Notes under the pieces: model-generated | Database searches by the model: none | Seen by the model: only the letters and a program-made list of their open reading frames with translations | What the model was told of the DNA's origin: nothing | In this document: in pieces, positions 21,164 through 31,170 of the stretch | Position numbering within the stretch: position 1 is the first letter of the stretch | How the letters are laid out: each line of letters opens with the position of its first letter | Source of the DNA: Microcoleus sp. | Lineage (GTDB): Bacteria > Cyanobacteriota > Cyanobacteriia > Cyanobacteriales > Microcoleaceae | Assembly (NCBI GenBank): GCA_052279835.1 | Contig: CP181291.1 | Span: 576,001 to 640,000, forward strand | Direction: 5' to 3' | Length of the DNA stretch: 64,000 bases | Translations under genes and position numbers: made by a program

Positions 21164-22588
21164 TTATAGTGCCTTTTGATCGCCGGTCTGAACTATAGGT
21201 AACAGGATCTCGAATTCGGTGTTGGGTGCCGGTTGCGATCGCAAATTTAGTTTACCAGCGTGCTTTTCTGTGATGATTTGATGACAGATAGCCAGCCCCA
21301 TCCCGGTTCCTTTACCTACTGGTTTGGTGGTAAAAAAGGTCTCAAATATTTGCTCCTGAATTTCTGGGGGAATGCCTGGCCCGTTATCGGTAATGATAAT
21401 TGCTGCCCATTTCCTGTCATCGACTTCTACTACTTTGGTGGTAATTTCAATGCGGGGATACCAATTTTGCGGGTACTGTGCGCTCATTTCGCGATCGCCC
21501 GCCCGCTCTGCCAAGGCATCTAGAGCGTTGATTAACAAATTTAAAAATACCTGACTTAATTGACCAGAATAGCATTTTATCAGTGGCAGGTCTCCGTAAT
21601 TTTTTACCACTTCTGTGCTTTGTTTCAATCTATTTTTTAGGATTAAAAGTGTATTTTCTATGCACTCATGGATGTCTGTACTAAATGGCTTACTTTCGTC
21701 CATGTGAGAGAAGTTGTGCAGACTGTTAACAATTTTGAGCAATTGTTCAGCCCCAAATTTCATACCTTCTAGGGTGGCTGGTAAATCTTCTCGTAAAAAA
21801 TCAAATTCGATCCTTTCTTTGATAGCTGCAATTACAGGAGATGGTTCGGAAAATTCTTCTTCGTAAGCTGACATTAGTTCTAGCAAATCTTCAAAATAAG
21901 ACAGCAGAAAATTTAAATTACCCCAAATACAGTTGAGGGGATTCCTAATTTCGTGAGCTACCCCTGCGATAATATTTCCCAAACTGGCCATCTTTTCTGT
22001 TTGAATCAACTTGGCTTCTGTTTGCTTTTGGAGCAATTTATTGGTTAATTGGTGAATCTTTGATTGAGCTACCATTAACTGTTGTACGTCTAACAGCCAG
22101 TAGGTCTCAGGGGCTACCTCGACTACTATGGGATCGTAAACTAATTCGGCTGGTCTGTAGAGCGATTCCTCGGCTGCTTCTACTATTAATTTAGTACCTG
22201 ATAGTATGAGCATATCTTTCCTCGAAAAACGATATAAAACCTCTATTGGTCGTTTAAAGAACATTTCTATACCGTAGCGCCGGTTGACTCTTTCAAAAAA
22301 TAGCCTTCGGGAAATGATGCCGACAAATTTACCCCGATCCGTCAAAATAACGCCTGGAAGTAATGGTTTTTTGTCAAAAGCCTGGGCCACTTCTTTTGCC
22401 TGTTGAGTTAATTCAATTTGGCAGTTGTACAGAGGCAGGTCTAGGAGGGTAGATTCTAAAGAGAGGTTCCAAGTACAAATTTCAGGTATATGCAACACTG
22501 ATAACTCCGAGTTAAACTCATGCAAAGCAAACATTGATGAAACCTCTGTTAAATATTTTATTGATAGATAACTAAAGTTGCTGGTCAT
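21164..22588 (-). CDS. Sensor histidine kinase with CBS-like N-terminal domain
   Basis: AHEIRNP, NALDAL, DNGPG, FFTTK, GKGTGMGL; start uncertain. Confidence 0.88.
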   Translation of the reverse strand: MTSNFSYLSIKYLTEVSSMFALHEFNSELSVLHIPEICTWNLSLESTLLDLPLYNCQIELTQQAKEVAQAFDKKPLLPGVILTDRGKFVGIISRRLFFERVNRRYGIEMFFKRPIEVLYRFSRKDMLILSGTKLIVEAAEESLYRPAELVYDPIVVEVAPETYWLLDVQQLMVAQSKIHQLTNKLLQKQTEAKLIQTEKMASLGNIIAGVAHEIRNPLNCIWGNLNFLLSYFEDLLELMSAYEEEFSEPSPVIAAIKERIEFDFLREDLPATLEGMKFGAEQLLKIVNSLHNFSHMDESKPFSTDIHECIENTLLILKNRLKQSTEVVKNYGDLPLIKCYSGQLSQVFLNLLINALDALAERAGDREMSAQYPQNWYPRIEITTKVVEVDDRKWAAIIITDNGPGIPPEIQEQIFETFFTTKPVGKGTGMGLAICHQIITEKHAGKLNLRSQPAPNTEFEILLPIVQTGDQKAL

Positions 22589-23144
22589 TCATACTTAATC
22601 AGTCATAGTTAATTGGTGATGAGTCATTGGTAAGCAAGTCAGGAGTTTTGATTTTTAAGTATCGAGGGCGTGAATTTGCAACTCTTTAACTTAAACATTA
22701 GTCACTTCCACAGCGTTGTTCGCGAAGGACAGCGGCCATCTCAAAACTTTTTTGTTACCGATTCTCCTCTTCCCCATTCTCCATTCCCGTCAAGTAATTT
22801 GCAACAGCACCCCATCGGAAAGCCCGATCGGGTCAGCATTGTCTGCTAAAAATATTGTTTCTAAATCAATGTTAAGGGATAAAAGCTGTTGTGGAACTTA
22901 CAGATGTTTAATATAAACTTTTTACCATAAAATACCCTAAGATCGCGTATTTTGCTAAAATCTTAAATTTTTATACACTGGTTACTGTTATTTTTTATAC
23001 AATCTTCTGGGTACTGGTAGAGTATTTCTATTGGGAATTTGGGAGGGGGCCTTTTGCCCGCAGATACCTCTGGGGGCTGATTAAAAATGAGGGTTAACTG
23101 TGCAGTTTCTCTAGGGAGAATTCGAGGCCAGAGAGGAAATTGCT

Positions 23145-23717
23145 TCAGGATTGCGGTTCTACTTCTGGCCATAGACGTTCTAATTGATACCGCCAAGCTG
23201 CGAGAGTCTGTTGGCGAGACTCTGGTCCGAGTTCCATTTCCCCCATCAAGCCTTCGGCGTAAAAACGGTCTAAAGTCTGAAGGGTAGTTTCCACAGACTG
23301 TCCCTGAATCTTGGCAGCTTTGATGATTTGACGGATACGGGTTTCGATCAAGTCGTCGAAAAAGTCTGACAAACCGCGCTGTTGTAAAGCCAGCAGTCTG
23401 GCTACGGCGGCGGAGAAATCGCCAGTGGCCAGAGTAGTCAAGTTGTGCTGAAATACTCCCCACAAGATATTTTGATGTACTGCGTAACGAGTTTCGAGGG
23501 TGTTGTCAAAGTTAGCTTCTAGCAGTTTATCGAAAAATTTTTGAGTGGATGTGGCATCGGCGATGGGGATCAAAATCCGCAGCCAACTGCTGTCTTCTGA
23601 AAGCAGCACTAGCAGGCGAAACTGGGGCGTTTCTACTTGCCAAGAAGTGGCGGCAGCCATCTCCACACTTTCACTAAATAAATCTTTGAGGGTATGGGTA
23701 ATTTCTTCGGGAGTCAT
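23145..23717 (-). CDS. Conserved hypothetical protein (YbjN/T3SS-chaperone-like fold suggested)
   Basis: WLRILIPI, LLEANFD...RYA pattern; follows the upstream operon. Confidence 0.65.
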   Translation of the reverse strand: MTPEEITHTLKDLFSESVEMAAATSWQVETPQFRLLVLLSEDSSWLRILIPIADATSTQKFFDKLLEANFDNTLETRYAVHQNILWGVFQHNLTTLATGDFSAAVARLLALQQRGLSDFFDDLIETRIRQIIKAAKIQGQSVETTLQTLDRFYAEGLMGEMELGPESRQQTLAAWRYQLERLWPEVEPQS

Positions 23718-23791
23718 AGGATTTTCGATTTTCGATTTTCAATTTGAGATTTTTGATTTGCCGGCGGGGTGGGTTCCAATTTTAAATTAGT

Positions 23792-25357
23792 TTAGGGTAG
23801 CCAGCGGGGATGATAGCCCGCAAAAGGCAGTTCTTCGGGCTGCACTTTGGGTTGAGAAACGTCGGGTGGTATTTCTATTAAGGGTAGCAGCCAAAGGCGA
23901 CTGCTGGCGATCGACTGTCCGCTATCATTGCGAGGACTGGTTGGTGTTAAGGGTTGTGCTGATGTGACTGATTGGTCAAAAAGTAATGCCAGTCCGTCGG
24001 GAGATAAACTGATTTGGGTATCTAATTGGTTGGGCAAAATCAGCAGGGGTTTGATGGTTCCTATCAGACGAGTTCCGTCTTTTTTGAGGTCGATGGTGGC
24101 AAGGAAAGGTTGTTCTTTGTAGTCTTCTGTTTTCAGACGTTGGGATAAAAGGCAGTATAGGCGCTGGAATTGATTGTCTTTGTCTTTGCGGGGGTCGAAA
24201 TGGATGGTGATAATGCTGCCGGGAATTCGCAATATTTCTTGTTCTACGCCTTGGTTGTCTAAGATGAAAAGCGATCGGGTAAAGTCGGTGTTGTATTTAA
24301 CATAGGCTGCGGCAGAGTTGTCGCGGGCCATGCCTAATACTTGTTCGTATTTGGGCAAGAATTCTACTGGTTCTGCTTGCGGTTTGAGGGGGACGATGGC
24401 TAATCCTTGTTTTTGAGATATTACCATCGATTTGTTGTCGGGCCGAATCATAAAATCACCACCTTGTTGATTTTCCAAGGGTCGAGGTGGCATTTTTTCT
24501 TCTAAAATCCAAGGACTAAAATCTGCGGGATTACGGCGGTTGATGCGGGCAATAACTATGGTTTTGCCGTCGGCTGAGAGGTCGAATTTGAGGTTCTGAT
24601 AATCTTTGGCATCTAATAGTTTGTCGATTCTACCTGCTGGCTGCGGTGGGGAGACTTCCCCTCCCGATTGGGGATTGAGGCCGGTGGTAACAGTGAATAG
24701 TTCTTCGCTTCTGGTGGAACCTGATTTGACTTGCGATCGATCTGTTGCTAAGAATAAGATGCGATCGCTATTAGGATAGGGTTTAAAATCGGTGACGACT
24801 AAATCTTTGGGAGTTAGGGCTATAGGTTTCGGGTCGGTGCTGGAGAGATTGACTAACATTAATCTGCTTTCTGCTTCGCCTTTGACGCCGATGTAAGCAA
24901 AAGCGCGATCGCGACTGCGAAAGGAAGCGGTAAATGGTTGAATTTGCCTGCCTTGATTTTGGTTGTTTTCTCCTCCGTATTTGTCCGTGGCTCCTGCGAG
25001 TTTTAATGTGTAGGTAACGCCGTAGGGTGCAGGGTTTTTGAGTGTGTAAGCCATGCGCCTTCCAGCCCAGCTAAATTTGCCGGGGAGAGGTGGTTCTATT
25101 TTTAAGTTTTCTTCGACGCTGGAGTGATTCATGGGGCGAAAGAATGTGAGGATAAATCCCGTATCTGCCGCCCCGATTTGTTGGTTTTGCCAGGTAAATT
25201 CTCGGACTCGCGGTGCTGTGCGATCGCCCGACAGCAGCAACATTCCAATTAACAGGCTCAGTCCTAGGATCAAGATGATTGCCGTGCGGTCGATCGGCTG
25301 TTTAAATAGCCCTACATTCAACGAGGAAAGATTGATTTTTTTATTTAAAATACTCAT
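23792..25357 (-). CDS. Membrane-anchored Ig-like (Big_5) plus beta-propeller protein
   Basis: N-terminal TM; LTF.RPM...SVE..L.I.PPLPG.FSW; repeated LSxDG blades. Confidence 0.75.
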   Translation of the reverse strand: MSILNKKINLSSLNVGLFKQPIDRTAIILILGLSLLIGMLLLSGDRTAPRVREFTWQNQQIGAADTGFILTFFRPMNHSSVEENLKIEPPLPGKFSWAGRRMAYTLKNPAPYGVTYTLKLAGATDKYGGENNQNQGRQIQPFTASFRSRDRAFAYIGVKGEAESRLMLVNLSSTDPKPIALTPKDLVVTDFKPYPNSDRILFLATDRSQVKSGSTRSEELFTVTTGLNPQSGGEVSPPQPAGRIDKLLDAKDYQNLKFDLSADGKTIVIARINRRNPADFSPWILEEKMPPRPLENQQGGDFMIRPDNKSMVISQKQGLAIVPLKPQAEPVEFLPKYEQVLGMARDNSAAAYVKYNTDFTRSLFILDNQGVEQEILRIPGSIITIHFDPRKDKDNQFQRLYCLLSQRLKTEDYKEQPFLATIDLKKDGTRLIGTIKPLLILPNQLDTQISLSPDGLALLFDQSVTSAQPLTPTSPRNDSGQSIASSRLWLLPLIEIPPDVSQPKVQPEELPFAGYHPRWLP

Positions 25358-25435
25358 GAATCTTTCTCTCCTCTTGCCTATCTAAATTTCTGCCACAACT
25401 TAAAAACTTAATTAACACTCTCTCCGGTTGTTTTA

Positions 25436-26806
25436 CTAAAATAGTTTACCTGGTAATAGATCCGTCGGTAACAGGTGGTCGATCGGTGAACCACCACCAA
25501 AATGATATCTACAAAACAGTATAGTTGCTAGTACCCCTAAAAACAATGCTGTCAATTTAACATCTTCCCCCAAACAAAATAATTTTTCTTTCCAAAGACC
25601 GTAGGTAATGACTAAATAAGTAGGAATATCGCCCACAGCTACAGCAATCACAGCACCTAAATAACCCAGGAAATGATATCCGACTGGTATGCCAATAGTG
25701 ATACTCAAGAAAGTGGCAAAATTGCCCATAGCTCCGTACTGAGATTTGCCGATAGCTAACAGACAAGAACTCATCAAATTGTGGAGGGTGGTGTGCCAAA
25801 TTCCTAAAGCCAAAATAGGCAACATCCAAGATGCTGCTATATACTCTTTTCTGTACAGGATTAAAATTATTTGATCTCCAAAACTGACAAAAAATGCTAA
25901 ACCTATGGCTAGAGGGATCAGAATCAGGTTACGGTTTTTAAGAATCTTGGCGCGCAATTCTTCGCGAGGCAAGTCTGCTAGCATGGAAATAGAGGGAAAA
26001 ATCACCTTGCCACCAATGGCGATAATCACTTGACGTGGCATATCACCGAGGGTGAAAGCAATGCCATAAATGCCCAACATTGTCAAAGAAAAGATTTTTC
26101 CTAGAACGAGCCGATCGGCTTGAGAACATAGAAAAAATAAAAGTGTAGACAAAAATATCCATTTGCCATAAGAAAATATTTCTTTAACTGCTTCTCGATC
26201 CCAAGTGAAGCGGTGAGGCTGATCGCGAATCAACAAATGACTCCAGATTAACTCTACTAAGGTACTACTAAAACCACCAGCCAGGATCGCCCAGATGCTG
26301 GGATTTAAGAAAGCCCAGATAATCATCACTGTAGTAGAAATTATCTGGGTGCCAAATTCAAAAATTACTACTTCCTTGACTGCCATTTTGCGGTTGAGGC
26401 TGAATATGGAAGTTGAGTTGAAGCCTCCGATCAGGGTGTTGATACCGATCACTGGAATCAACCACAGCAGACGTGGTTCTTGGTAAAAAGTAGCCACAGG
26501 CCAAGTGACTAACATTAAACACAACCACACAAAAAAGCTGCGAATAATTTGCATTGTCCAAGCGGTGTTGATAAATTCTGGATCGTCTCCACGCTTGTTC
26601 TGGATGATACTTGGCCCCAGACCGATATCTGAGAATAGGTGAACACCTACGATGAAAACATAAGCAAGACCAACAAGACCAAATAGTTCTGGCAAAAGCA
26701 GCCGTGTCAGGATGAGGTTACTGCCAAATCGGAGAATTTGACTCCCTCCATAGCTGATGATGGTCCAGATTGCGCCTTTGATAGCGAGTTTTTTTTCTGA
26801 TGACAT
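25436..26806 (-). CDS. Oligosaccharide flippase (Wzx/PST family)
   Basis: AIKGAIWT, ILTRLL.PE.FG, SDIGLG.SIIQ, DRLVLGK; many TM segments. Confidence 0.88.
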   Translation of the reverse strand: MSSEKKLAIKGAIWTIISYGGSQILRFGSNLILTRLLLPELFGLVGLAYVFIVGVHLFSDIGLGPSIIQNKRGDDPEFINTAWTMQIIRSFFVWLCLMLVTWPVATFYQEPRLLWLIPVIGINTLIGGFNSTSIFSLNRKMAVKEVVIFEFGTQIISTTVMIIWAFLNPSIWAILAGGFSSTLVELIWSHLLIRDQPHRFTWDREAVKEIFSYGKWIFLSTLLFFLCSQADRLVLGKIFSLTMLGIYGIAFTLGDMPRQVIIAIGGKVIFPSISMLADLPREELRAKILKNRNLILIPLAIGLAFFVSFGDQIILILYRKEYIAASWMLPILALGIWHTTLHNLMSSCLLAIGKSQYGAMGNFATFLSITIGIPVGYHFLGYLGAVIAVAVGDIPTYLVITYGLWKEKLFCLGEDVKLTALFLGVLATILFCRYHFGGGSPIDHLLPTDLLPGKLF

Positions 26807-26913
26807 AAACTTTAAACTTATCTTCTCATCATGAGTCTAGTTGTTGCATTTGCTATTGGCAACTCCTACAGGATACGGAGGCTAATATTCTTCACGGGCT
26901 TTTTGGGAGATGT

Positions 26914-27705
26914 CTAATAATCATAAGGGTTTTTTGGTTCGGGAATTGATTTGAGGGAATCAGCCTGAATAGTTAATTTGCGTTTCCCTTGCAGTTCTTC
27001 TGAGATGGCTTCTCCTTCTATTTCTAACCAACTGTCTGGGGGAAATGCAGTGCGGCTTTGACCGATCGGTAATTTTACCGGCAAACCGACTGGATACGCA
27101 TCTGCGGCACAGCAGGTAATGATAAAACGACCGATCCAAATATATTGCTCTGATACCTTGGGCGGGTGAATTACAAATCCTTGAACCTTGACTTTTTGAC
27201 CTATATATGTGTCAGGCTCTGGATTGAAATTTAACAGGCGGACCCACTCGATGAGCGATCGCTTTTCTGGTTTGGTGGTATTGCGAAATTCTTGGGGTTG
27301 CAGTCTGGTGATGGGGAGGGATTCAGTCAGGCCTCGTTCTAATGCTGTCTGACTGGTAAAGGTACGGGGTGTGGTGACTAAACCGATTAAGGCGACGCTC
27401 AACATTAAGGTACTGCCAAAACTGGGGGGAAATAAAGTAATATGTTCAACTTTTGGAATTCTGGGAGAGTTGATGGTGGGTGATGTCCGAGATTTCTGGT
27501 TGCTGCGATCGAGCTGGATGAGTTCCCACATTTTATAACCGCCAATGATGATTAAGCCAATGCCTCCGCCTACAGTCAAGCCAAAGTAATTGGGGTGAAT
27601 CAAAATGCTTAATTTGCCAGTGATCCAATATTTGAGGAGCAATATTCCCCAGGATAAGATAGCTACGGTATCTAGCCAAGGACCGAATTTTTTAAGAATC
27701 ATCAC
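26914..27705 (-). CDS. TIGR03943/YcgQ-family putative permease subunit
   Basis: IHPNY, GQKVKVQGFV, RFIITCCAADA, PKNPYDY. Confidence 0.85.
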   Translation of the reverse strand: MMILKKFGPWLDTVAILSWGILLLKYWITGKLSILIHPNYFGLTVGGGIGLIIIGGYKMWELIQLDRSNQKSRTSPTINSPRIPKVEHITLFPPSFGSTLMLSVALIGLVTTPRTFTSQTALERGLTESLPITRLQPQEFRNTTKPEKRSLIEWVRLLNFNPEPDTYIGQKVKVQGFVIHPPKVSEQYIWIGRFIITCCAADAYPVGLPVKLPIGQSRTAFPPDSWLEIEGEAISEELQGKRKLTIQADSLKSIPEPKNPYDY

Positions 27706-27799
27706 GTCTGATTTGAGATGGGAAATTGAAGAGTTGAGATTTGAGGATTGCTCCCGATCGCTCTTTAATTAAGTTACACTTAAAAAAATGTTGCTGATG

Positions 27800-28879
27800 C
27801 TAACCTAGATATAAATTGACGGCGAGAGTCATTAAAAAAGTTAACTGAGCCGCCAGTACCATTAAGTAAATTACGGCTCTACCTCTAAAAATTGATAGCA
27901 TTAAACCGATGCCTTTGATGTCAATCATCGGACCAAAAACTAGAAAAGCTAAGAGGGAACCGCTGGTAAATGTGGCGGCGAAAGACAAGGCAAAAAAGGC
28001 ATCTACCGTAGAACAAATCGATACCACTGCGGCTAATAACAGCATGGCGAGAATCGAAGAAACGGGGCTTTGGCCGAGGTTGAGAATTAGTTCGCGGGGG
28101 GTGCCAACTTGAACGATCGCCGCGATCGCGCTACCAACGACTAACACACCTCCCAATTCACGCAACTCCTGTACCATACTATCTAGCAGCAGGCGCAGAC
28201 GCTCTTTAGAAAGGCGGTGGAACAGGGAGGAAGGTTTCGAGGTTTTTTCAGTTTTGCCTGTTTCTAAGGGCTTCCAGTTGTCTTGTCGCAAAGATTCGAT
28301 CGGCACTGCCCCCCCTGGCATACCTAGCATAAATGTCCCCGACTGCAACAGGGAAGGAGTTTCGGCTGTTAGTAGCTGTGTTTCGGAGAAATCGGGTTTT
28401 GGTAGGGGAAGGGCGCGGGCGATCGCGGGTTGTAGCAGAGGCCGCAAGTCTGTCTGGGTGCTAAACACCCAGCCGATGATAGTTGCTATGATTAGGGAAA
28501 ATACCACCCGTAAAACCACAATTTCTGGCTGATCCCGAAAAGCAGTCCAAGTCGCCCAAATCACGATCGGATTGATTGTCGGTGCGGCGAGTAAAAAGCC
28601 GATCGCCACCGGTGCGGGTACTCCTTGCATCAACAACCTGCGGGCCACCGGCACGTTACCGCACTCGCACACCGGAAACAAAAACCCGACTAAACTACCG
28701 GCTAAAGCCCCCAGCAGTGGATTTCGGGGGATGCGGGCTATGAGTTTGCGTTCATCTACAAACCCCAGCAGCACACCGGAAAATAAAACTCCCAGCAGTA
28801 AAAAAGGTATAGCCTCTACTAACAAGCCCAGAAACAGGGTGAAAGCATTATTTAACTGATTTGTCAGGGCGGGTTGCAT
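27800..28879 (-). CDS. DUF318/YcgR (ArsP_1)-family permease
   Basis: EAIPFLLLG, PVCECGNVPV, LLAAP.INP, SICSTVDAF, FLVFGPMID. Confidence 0.87.
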   Translation of the reverse strand: MQPALTNQLNNAFTLFLGLLVEAIPFLLLGVLFSGVLLGFVDERKLIARIPRNPLLGALAGSLVGFLFPVCECGNVPVARRLLMQGVPAPVAIGFLLAAPTINPIVIWATWTAFRDQPEIVVLRVVFSLIIATIIGWVFSTQTDLRPLLQPAIARALPLPKPDFSETQLLTAETPSLLQSGTFMLGMPGGAVPIESLRQDNWKPLETGKTEKTSKPSSLFHRLSKERLRLLLDSMVQELRELGGVLVVGSAIAAIVQVGTPRELILNLGQSPVSSILAMLLLAAVVSICSTVDAFFALSFAATFTSGSLLAFLVFGPMIDIKGIGLMLSIFRGRAVIYLMVLAAQLTFLMTLAVNLYLG

Positions 28880-29328
28880 CCATCACCTACTTGTAAACTG
28901 CGATTTGGGGCCTACCCCCTGTCATACTAAAGACTGGTTAAAAACCCCTATTTATCGACAGGGAGAGGGGGAGGGACAAAAAATGGGGTGAATAACCCTG
29001 ATGTGGTATTAATCATAGCCGATCGCAGAGCCAAGTTAAGATTCTGTTAAAAATCTCTGGCTATACAATCGTAGCTGGTATTGAGGACTTCTCTAAACCA
29101 GAAAGTATGGATAGGAATTTGAATTAGTCTTAACCACAGGTTAAAAGTTTAAATTCCGGTTAAATCGTCCCTAAATGTGGGGATTAATCGTTAATCCACC
29201 CCAACTCAATATAAAATAAAATCTAGCATAACTGCCGGGATGCCTCTAGGTTGCTTATACTATTGCTGATACTGCTCTCAGTTTTTTTCGATAATTTAAA
29301 AAGCGGTTTGCTATGTGCTCGCAGCTAA

Positions 29329-30813
29329 ATGTCTACTTGTAAATATAACCTCTATCTTCGTGCTGATGAATTTATGTTGAATACGTCCTGCATCGAAATA
29401 CCAGCCCCACTCATGCAAGATAATTCTAGAGCAGAGTTCCGTTTGGAATCAACTCTTCAAGAATTGTCACTTTATGATTTTCAGGTAGAAGCTACAGATT
29501 TGGGAAGTAAAATTGCTCAGATGTTGGAGGCTTATCCCCTGCTTCCAGGAGTCATTTTAACCGATATGGGTCTATTTGCCGGCATGATTTCCCGCCGGAG
29601 ATTTTTGGAATTTATCAGCCGTCCCTTTGGGCGAGAATTATTTTTAAAGCGACCTGTCAGGGCCTTGTACCGATTTGCAGAAACAGAAACTTTAATTTTT
29701 TCTAGCGATACTTTAATAGTTGATGCAGCGAGAAAGTCCCTACAGCGATCGCAAGAGCTCCTTTATGAACCCATCGTAGTTCAAACATCGCCTCAAACTT
29801 ATTGTTTACTCGACGTCCACGAATTGCTAGTAGCCCAATCCAACATTCACGAACTAGCAACAAAATTGCTGCGACAACAAACACAAGCCCAATTAATTCA
29901 AACTGAAAAACTAGCCAGTTTAGGACAAATGGTGGCTGGAGTCGCCCACGAAATTAGAAATCCTGTCACTTGCATCACGGGAAATCTCGAATTTTTGTCA
30001 AAATACTCCCAAGACCTGATGGATTTGCTGTCGGCTTATGAAAAGATTGTCGGCACCAACGAAGAAATTGAGGAGATCAAAGAACGCATAGAATTTGATT
30101 TTTTAGAAGAAGATTGGGCGGAAATTCTCAAAAGTATGAAAGTTTCTGCACAGAGATTGACCGAACTTGTCACCAGTCTCCACACCTTCTCTCATATGGA
30201 TGAAACTCACCGCAAAGAAGCTAATCTCCATGAATGTATTGACAGCACACTACTAATTATGAAAAACCGTCTTAAGTACGGGATTAAAGTAGTTAAAAAT
30301 TATGGAAAATTGCCCTTAGTCAGGTGCTATTCGGGTCAGTTGAGCCAGGTATTTATGAATATCATCAGTAACGCGACAGATGCTTTGGAAGAACTCAAAG
30401 GAAAAACAGGTTTTGTACCTGCTATTACTATTGAAACTGAGCTCATAGAAAGTTCTGAGACCAACTACATGAGTGCGGAATTAATTCAAAATTATGTGAA
30501 AGGCGATCGGGAAAATTCCCCACACCTATCTTTAGTAAGTCTCAACGGTCAACCGAACTCAGAAGCAGTGGAAAAAAATCAAAATGCTGGTTGGATAGCG
30601 ATCAGAATAGCAGATAACGGGCCTGGTATTCCGCCAGAAATTCAGCGACGAATTTTTGATACATTTTTTACTACAAAACCAGCCGGAAAAGGTACGGGAT
30701 TAGGATTGGCAATTACTCACCAAATTGTAACAGAGAAGCACCAAGGTAAGTTGAATTTGCATTCTACTCCCGGTACTGGTACAGAGTTTGAGATTTTGTT
30801 ACCAATTATTTGA
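29329..30813 (+). CDS. Sensor histidine kinase with CBS-like N-terminal domain (third paralog)
   Basis: Same N-terminal motif (LESTL.EL.LY, PLLPGVIL, G.ISRR) plus complete H/N/G1/F/G2 boxes; start uncertain. Confidence 0.88.
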   Translation: MSTCKYNLYLRADEFMLNTSCIEIPAPLMQDNSRAEFRLESTLQELSLYDFQVEATDLGSKIAQMLEAYPLLPGVILTDMGLFAGMISRRRFLEFISRPFGRELFLKRPVRALYRFAETETLIFSSDTLIVDAARKSLQRSQELLYEPIVVQTSPQTYCLLDVHELLVAQSNIHELATKLLRQQTQAQLIQTEKLASLGQMVAGVAHEIRNPVTCITGNLEFLSKYSQDLMDLLSAYEKIVGTNEEIEEIKERIEFDFLEEDWAEILKSMKVSAQRLTELVTSLHTFSHMDETHRKEANLHECIDSTLLIMKNRLKYGIKVVKNYGKLPLVRCYSGQLSQVFMNIISNATDALEELKGKTGFVPAITIETELIESSETNYMSAELIQNYVKGDRENSPHLSLVSLNGQPNSEAVEKNQNAGWIAIRIADNGPGIPPEIQRRIFDTFFTTKPAGKGTGLGLAITHQIVTEKHQGKLNLHSTPGTGTEFEILLPII

Positions 30814-30981
30814 AGCAAAAAGTCAGTGGTTATAGGTGGCAAATTACTAACGACTAATGATATCAAATCCGGCAGCATCTGAATTATTAAAATCTCTATT
30901 TTCTCCCTCTGTGTCCTCTGTGTTCTAGGTCCGGTTAAATCACCTGACGATGCAACCAGAAACGATAGGACTGCTGACTAA

Positions 30982-31084
30982 TGAGGACTTACGCATGGGG
31001 GGTCAAAAACCCGGTTTCTGCGTGAATATTTGTCGAAAAAATCGACGTTTTTTGGAAGAAACCGGGTTTTTTGCGTCCAGGACT
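30982..31084. repeat. AGGACTTACGCA-type mini element with an AAAAACCCGGTTTCT/AGAAACCGGGTTTTT internal palindrome
   Basis: Inverted arms seen directly; right end degenerate. Confidence 0.65.
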
Positions 31085-31089
31085 ACTAA

Positions 31090-31160
31090 TAGACATCTCC
31101 TAAAAAGATAGTCAACAACAGGCAGGATGCCTGTTCCACAGGAATTATGGGAGATGTCTA
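31090..31160. mobile_element. 71-bp mini element with TAGACATCTCC/GGAGATGTCTA termini
   Basis: 11-bp TIR and internal ACAGGC-N5-GCCTGT hairpin; second copy at 42510-42580. Confidence 0.75.
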
Positions 31161-31170
31161 ATGACTCTTT

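Noticed and set aside
22800..22850. Riboswitch-like hairpin upstream of the kinase
   Set aside because: Single hairpin with no recognisable conserved aptamer motifs.
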